Source: Nitrosomonadales bacterium
GTDB taxonomy: Bacteria > Pseudomonadota > Gammaproteobacteria > Burkholderiales > SG8-39
Assembly: GCA_036676355.1 (NCBI GenBank)
Contig: JAKFDA010000072.1
Coordinates: 77,705-141,704 of the forward strand
DNA length: 64,000 bases
Reading direction: 5' to 3'
Below are positions 63,391 to 64,000 of this stretch, piece after piece (the first letter of the stretch is position 1; every line of letters begins with the position of its first letter). Under the pieces are notes generated by a model. That model was not told where the DNA came from and did not search any database. It saw only the letters and a program-made list of their open reading frames with translations. Made by a program: the position numbers and the translations under genes.

Positions 63391-63992
63391 GTTGCGCCCC
63401 CATGCGGCGGAAAAACACACAGCACCGGACGGCCGTCGCGATCGGGTTGTCGACGCAGCGATTCACAGTGCTGGATGTGCAGCCATTGGCGCGTGCCGAC
63501 GCAATAGAACGTCACGGTGCCGAGCGGAACGGCACCGAGTCGGCTGTGAGCGTTGAGCGAACCGGCGTTGTAGGCGTTGACGCGACTCATGGTCCATTGC
63601 ACGCCCCGCTCGCGTAGATAGGCAAAGGCCGTATCCCATAAGCGCAGAAAAACGCGACTCGCGCGATGGGCCGGGTGAACCCATACGTCAAAGTCCCACG
63701 CCGCCTGCGTGGCCGGTCGCGGCAGGAACAGGCAGCGCACAGCGTCCTCCTCGTAGGCATCGTGCTTGAGCCAGAGAAAACCGAGCAGCATGTCGGCCTT
63801 GAATGCGGCAACACATTCCGCGCCGTGTGCCAGGCGCGCGCGGACGACGGCGGCCGGACGCGGCGACTGCGCAATCAATGCCGCACACATCGGGTGATTC
63901 TCAGTGATGCGCTCGACGCGCAGCGCGCCGGCACGAGGTGCAGGAAGCAGTGGCGTCGGCGCGACCGGTTGCGCCGTCAATTGATACTTCAC
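63387..63992 (-). CDS. GNAT-family N-acetyltransferase (tentative)
   Basis: WVHPAHRASRVFLRLWDTAFAYLRERGV...NAYNAGSLNAHSRLGA fits GNAT motif A/B spacing. The upstream end is close to the window edge. Confidence 0.55.
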   Translation of the reverse strand: MKYQLTAQPVAPTPLLPAPRAGALRVERITENHPMCAALIAQSPRPAAVVRARLAHGAECVAAFKADMLLGFLWLKHDAYEEDAVRCLFLPRPATQAAWDFDVWVHPAHRASRVFLRLWDTAFAYLRERGVQWTMSRVNAYNAGSLNAHSRLGAVPLGTVTFYCVGTRQWLHIQHCESLRRQPDRDGRPVLCVFPPHGGAT

Positions 63993-64000
63993 GATGCGGA

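Noticed and set aside
1-64000. Searched for CRISPR arrays, transposases, integrases, phage genes, toxin-antitoxin pairs or known anti-phage defence genes.
   Set aside because: I saw no direct-repeat arrays and no DDE/tyrosine-recombinase/serine-recombinase-like ORFs. I recognised no nuclease, helicase or NTPase defence signatures. The window is dominated by envelope/polysaccharide genes.

Overview
High-GC proteobacterial chromosomal segment. Manual spot counts of 60-nt stretches give about 57-68% GC, dipping to about 50-58% around 47.3-49.8 kb and 55.8-56.5 kb. Almost the whole window is devoted to cell-surface polysaccharide biogenesis. (1) 1-6.6 kb: a FeeM/LuxI-like N-acyl amino acid synthase behind a good sigma-54 promoter match, two LolC/E-like FtsX permeases with no ATPase gene, and a divergent ThiF-like adenylyltransferase + nitroreductase pair. 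(2) 6.9-32.6 kb, plus strand: an essentially complete exosortase A (XrtA/EpsH type 1) PEP-CTERM exopolysaccharide locus. It encodes an export lipoprotein, chain-length determinant, tyrosine-kinase-like ATPase, OM barrel, ExeA-like ATPase, WecB, two deacetylases, a FemAB-like protein, an XrtA-EpsI fusion, four GT4 transferases, two AsnB amidotransferases, a PaaK-like ligase, a GDP-mannose-dehydrogenase-like enzyme, a transglutaminase-like protein and an O-antigen-ligase-like protein, with many 4-nt start/stop overlaps. (3) 33-47 kb: miscellaneous small genes, a class A PBP, a solute-binding protein, a tandem pair of low-complexity lipoproteins and one PEP-CTERM substrate protein. (4) 47.3-53.5 kb, minus strand: a tight five-gene operon. 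It comprises a Zn-ribbon/degenerate-GGDEF protein that keeps the RxxD I-site, a processive GT2 synthase, a HlyD adaptor, a Tat-exported putative barrel protein and an 8-TM protein. I consider this the best candidate for an undescribed c-di-GMP-gated polysaccharide secretion system. (5) 53.9-64 kb, minus strand: a Wzx-type glycan cluster with GNAT, GT4, flippase, three GT2, FkbM methyltransferase, a TPR protein and an AsnB homologue with a decayed glutaminase domain. No rRNA, tRNA, CRISPR, transposase, integrase or phage genes were recognised. All family names come from motif and pattern recognition from memory, not from database searches.
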